Part shown: positions 59,201 through 64,000 of the stretch, piece after piece
Numbering within the stretch: position 1 is the stretch's first letter
How the letters are laid out: the number at the start of each line of letters is the position of its first letter
Origin: Eledone cirrhosa
Taxonomy: Eukaryota
DNA: 64,000 nucleotides
Reading direction: 5' to 3'
Assembly (NCBI GenBank): GCA_964016885.1
Contig: OZ024743.1
Span: 242,420,001-242,484,000, forward strand
Notes under the pieces: generated by a model
Database searches by the model: none
What the model was told of the DNA's origin: nothing
Seen by the model: only the letters and a program-made list of their open reading frames with translations
Translations under genes and position numbers: made by a program

Positions 59201-61100
59201 GATACACTCACAACAGATACACACAATGATATACACTAACATATACATGATACACTCGCAACACATACACAATGATATACACTAACAAATACATGATACA
59301 CTCGCAACACATACACACAATGATATACACTAACATATACATGATACACTCGCAACACATACACACAATGATATACACTAACATATACATGATACACTCA
59401 CAACACATACACACAATGATATACACTAACATATACATGATACACTCGCAACACACACACAATGACAAACACTAACATATACATGATACACTCGCAACAC
59501 ACACACAATGACATACACTAACATATACATGATACACTCGCAACACATACACACAATGACATACACTAACATATACATGATACACTCGCAACACATAGAC
59601 ACAATGATATATACTAACATATACATGATACACTCACAACACATACACACAATCACATACACTGACTTATACATGATACACTCGCAACACATACACACAA
59701 TGATATACACTAACATATAAAAGATACACTCGCAACACATACACAATGATATACTCTAACATATACATGATACACTCGCAACACATACACACAATGATAT
59801 ACAATAACATATACATGATACACTCGCAACACACACACAATGACAAACACTAACATATACATGATACACTCGCAACACATAGAGACAATGATATACACTA
59901 ACATATACATGATACACTCACAACACATACACACAATGACATACACTAACATATACATGATACACTCGCAACACATACACACAATGATATATACTAACAT
60001 ATACATGATACACTCGCAACACATACACAATGATATACACTAACATATAAATGATACACTCACAACATACACACAATGATATACACTAACATATACATGA
60101 TACACTCGCAACACATACACAATGATATACACTAACAAATACATGATACACTCGCAACACATAGACACAATGATATATACTAACATATACATGATACACT
60201 CGCAACACATACACACAATGACATACACTAACATATACATGATATACTCGCAACACATACACACAATGGCATACACTAACAAATACATGATACACTCGCA
60301 ACACATACACACAATGATATACACTAACATATACATGATACACTCGCAACACATACACACAATGATATACACTAACATATACATGATACACTCGCAACAC
60401 AGACACATTGATATACACTAACATATACATGATACACTCACAACATACACACAATGATATACACTAACATATACATGATACACTCGCAACACATACACAA
60501 TGATATACACTAACATATACATGATACACTCACAACACATACACACAATGATATACACTAACATATACATGATACACTCACAACACTTACACACAATGAC
60601 ATACACTAACATATACATGATACACTCGCAACACATACACACAATGATATACACTAACATATACATGATACACTTGCAACACACACACAATGACATACAC
60701 TAACATATACATGATACACACGCAACACATACACACAATGACATACACTAACATATACATGATACACTCGCAACACATACACAATGATATACACTAACAT
60801 ATACATGATACACTCACAACACATACACACAATGATATACACTAACATATACATGATACACTCACAACACTTACACACAATGACATACACTAACATATAC
60901 ATGATACACTCGCAACACATACACACAATGATATACACTAACATATACATGATACACTCGCAACACATACACACAATGATATACACTAACATATACATGA
61001 TACACTCGAAACACACACACAATGACATACACTAACATATACATGATACACACGCAACACATACACACAATGACATAGACTAACATATAGATGATACACT
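44250..61100 (+). repeat. Higher-order repeat family, about 6 variable-length copies (spacings 2548, 2072, 2696, 3356, 3830 bp; boundaries approximate)
   Basis: ATAGAGAC variant at 45382, 47930, 50002, 52698, 56054, 59884. GATACTCTCG at 44376, 46924, 48996, 51972, 55328. ORF offsets 46108/48180/50252 (2072), 50582/53938 (3356) and 56210/60040 (3830). Confidence 0.88.
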
Positions 61101-61299
61101 CGCAACACATACACACAATGACATACACTAACATATACATGATACACTCGCAACACATACACACAATGACATACACTAACATATACATGATACACTCGCA
61201 ACACATACACACAATGACATACACTAACATATACATGATACACTCGCAACACATACACACAATGACATACACTAACATATACATGATACACTCGCAACA

Positions 61300-63050
61300 C
61301 ACACACAATGACATACACTAACATATACATGATACACTCGCAACACATAGACACAATGATATATACTAACATATACAAGATACACTCAAAACACATACAC
61401 ACAATGACATACACTAACATATACATGATACACTCGCAACACATACACACAATGATATACACTAACATATACAAGATACACTCGCAACACATTCACAATG
61501 ATATACTCTAACATATACATGATACACTCGCAACACATACACACAATGATATACAGTAACATATACATGATACACTCACAACACATACACACAATGACAT
61601 ACACTAACATATACATGATACACTCGCAACACACACACACAATGATATACAGTAACATATACATGATACACTCACAACACATACACACAATGACAAACAC
61701 TAACATATACATGATACACTCGCAACACATAGACACAATGATATACACTAACATATACATGATACACTCGCAACACATACACACAATGACATACACTAAC
61801 ATATACATGATACACTCGCAACACACACACAATGATATACACTAACATATACATGATACACTCGCAACACATACACACAATGATATACACTAACATATAC
61901 ATGATACACTCGCAACACATACACACAATGACATACACTAACATATACATGATACACTCGCAACACATACACACAATGACATACACTAACATATACAGTG
62001 ATATATACTAACATATACATGATACACTCGCAACACATACACAATGATATACACTAACATATACATGATACACTCGCAACACAAACACACAATGACAAAC
62101 ACTAACATATACAAGATACACTCGCAACACATACACAATGATATACACTAACATAGACATGATACACTCGCAACACATACACACAATGATATACACTAAC
62201 ATATACATGATACACTCGCAACACATACACACAATGACATACACTAACATATACATGATACACTCGCAACACATAGACACAATGATATACACTAACATAT
62301 ACATGATACACTCGCAACACATACACACAATGACATACACTAACATATACATGATACACTCGCAACACATGGACACAATGATATATACTAACATATACAT
62401 GATACACTCACAACACATACACACAATGATATACACTAACATATACATGATACACTCGCAACACATACACACAATGACATACACTAACATATACATGATA
62501 CACTCGCAACACATACACACAATGATATACACTAACATATACATGATACACTCACAACACATACACACAATGATATACACTAACATATACATGATACACT
62601 CGCAACACATACACACAATGATATACACTAACATATACATGATACACTCGCAACAAATACACACAATGACATACACTAACATATACATCATACACTCGCA
62701 ACACATAGACACAATGACATACACTAACATATACATGATACACTCGCAACACATACACACAATGACATACACTAATATATACAGGATACACTCGCAACAC
62801 ATACACACAATGACATACACTAACATATACATGATACACTCGCAACACATAGACACAATGACATACACTAACATATACATGATACATTCGCAACACATAC
62901 ACAATGACATACACTAACATATACATCATACACTCGCAACACATAGACACAATGACATACACTAACATATACATGATACACTCGCAACACATACACACAA
63001 TGACATACACTAATATATACAGGATACACTCGCAACACATACACACAATG
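61300..63050 (+). repeat. Divergent monomeric segment of the same satellite, with many private variants and a 238-bp local duplication
   Basis: Singleton variants CTCAAAAC (about 61388), ATTCAC (about 61493), GTG start (61998), ACAAACAC (about 62084), ACATAGACAT (about 62156), CATGGAC (about 62371), CAACAAATAC (about 62656). Monomers from 62666 are repeated at 62904. Confidence 0.75.
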
Positions 63051-64000
63051 ACATACACTAACATATACATGATACACTCGCAACACATACACACAATGAT
63101 ATATACTAACATATACATGATACACTCGCAACACATACACAATGATATACACTAACATATAAATGATACACTCACAACATACACACAATGATATACACTA
63201 ACATATACATGATACACTCGCAACACATACATAATGATATACACTAACATATACATGATACACTGGCAACACATACACACAATGACATACACTAACATAT
63301 ACATGATACACTCGCAACACATACACACAATGATATACACTAACATATACATGATACGCTCGCAACACACACACAATGACAAACACTAACATATACAGGA
63401 TACACTCGCAACACATAGACAAAATGATATACACTAACATATACATGATACACTCACAACACATACACACAATGACATACACTAACATATACATGATACA
63501 TTCGCAACACATACACACAATGATATACACTAACATATACATGATACACTCGCAACACATACACACAATGATATACACTAACATATACATGATACACTCG
63601 CAACACATACACACAATGATATATACTAATATATACATGATACACTCGCAACACATACACAATGATATACACTAACATATACAAGATACACTCGCAACAT
63701 ATACACAATGATATACACTAACATATACATGATACACTCGCAACACATACACACAATGACATACACTAACATATACATGATACACTCGCAACACATACAC
63801 ACAATGATATATACTAACATATACATGATACATACGCAACACATAGACACAATGATATACACTAACATATACAAGATACACTCGCAACACATACACAATG
63901 ATATACACTAACATATACATGATACACTCACAACATACACACAATGATATACACTAACATATACATGATACACTCGCAACACATACACAATGATATACAC
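63050..64000 (+). repeat. Block of monomers duplicated from about 39720-40670 (offset 23,332 bp)
   Basis: Seven ORF pairs are offset by exactly 23,332 (39820/63152 through 40376/63708). The variant CATACGC was seen only at 40501 and 63833. Confidence 0.88.

Larger units (their letters stand above)
1..64000 (+). repeat. Tandem satellite DNA array, 48-bp monomer (ATGAYATACACTAACATATACATGATACACTCGCAACACATACACACA) with 46-bp and rare 22-bp length variants; runs off both window edges
   Basis: The monomer reads directly and head-to-tail from base 1 to 64000 with no unique insert. The ORF track is a pure 16-aa periodic translation (MIYTNIYMIHSQHIHT on +; MCCECIMYMLVYIIVC and YVLRVYHVYVSVYHCV on -). 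Most monomers differ from consensus at only 0-3 positions. Confidence 0.99.

Noticed and set aside
24-63944. Hundreds of 60-300 aa ORFs on both strands as protein-coding genes
   Set aside because: All are translations of the same 48-bp unit. They overlap on both strands, start and stop at 2-bp slippage variants, and have no unique domain or gene context.
1-64000. CRISPR array
   Set aside because: There are no unique spacers between repeats, monomers are directly adjacent, and no cas genes or leader are present.
1-64000. Rolling-circle or reverse-transcriptase concatemer (e.g. DRT2/Neo-like endless ORF, telomerase product, amplification artefact)
   Set aside because: Copying one template would give identical units or random errors. 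Here variants are inherited in ordered kb-scale blocks with nested duplications and the frame is broken every few units, which indicates long-term genomic evolution.
1-64000. Mitochondrial control-region repeat (TACAT termination-associated motif)
   Set aside because: TACAT is expected by chance in this composition. No mitochondrial genes or tRNAs are present, and the array is far longer than typical control-region repeats.
1-64000. Information-bearing code in the order of T/C (ATGAT/ATGAC) and G/A (CTCGC/CTCAC) monomer variants
   Set aside because: The order is accounted for by segmental duplication history, and nothing in the sequence indicates a reader or a function.
1-64000. Inversions, hairpin-forming inverted blocks, G-quadruplex or transposon insertions
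   Set aside because: I saw no switch to a G/T-rich + strand, no G or C runs able to form quadruplexes (only rare CCC variants), and no non-satellite sequence.

Overview
The whole 64-kb window is one uninterrupted, single-orientation tandem satellite array, and neither array end is visible. The consensus monomer is 48 bp: ATGAYATACACTAACATATACATGATACACTCGCAACACATACACACA (about 33% GC, strongly A/C-rich and G-poor on the + strand). There are roughly 1,300-1,400 copies, estimated from length. 46-bp variants (dinucleotide deletions) are frequent, and I saw eight 22-bp half-monomers. I found no unique sequence, credible gene, RNA gene, transposon, CRISPR spacer or inversion. All listed ORFs are by-products of a 48-bp (16-codon) unit that lacks stop codons in three frames. 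The real information is the array architecture. Private point variants show nested higher-order repeats of irregular size (0.24, 0.66, 1.3, 1.76, 2.07, 2.6-2.8, 3.4-5.6 and 9.4 kb) and one block copied 23.3 kb away. Variant-defined domains change at about 21, 44 and 61 kb. This looks like eukaryotic centromeric, pericentromeric or subtelomeric satellite from an accurate long-read assembly. I cannot assign the organism or a named family, and I find no sequence support for a new gene-based system.
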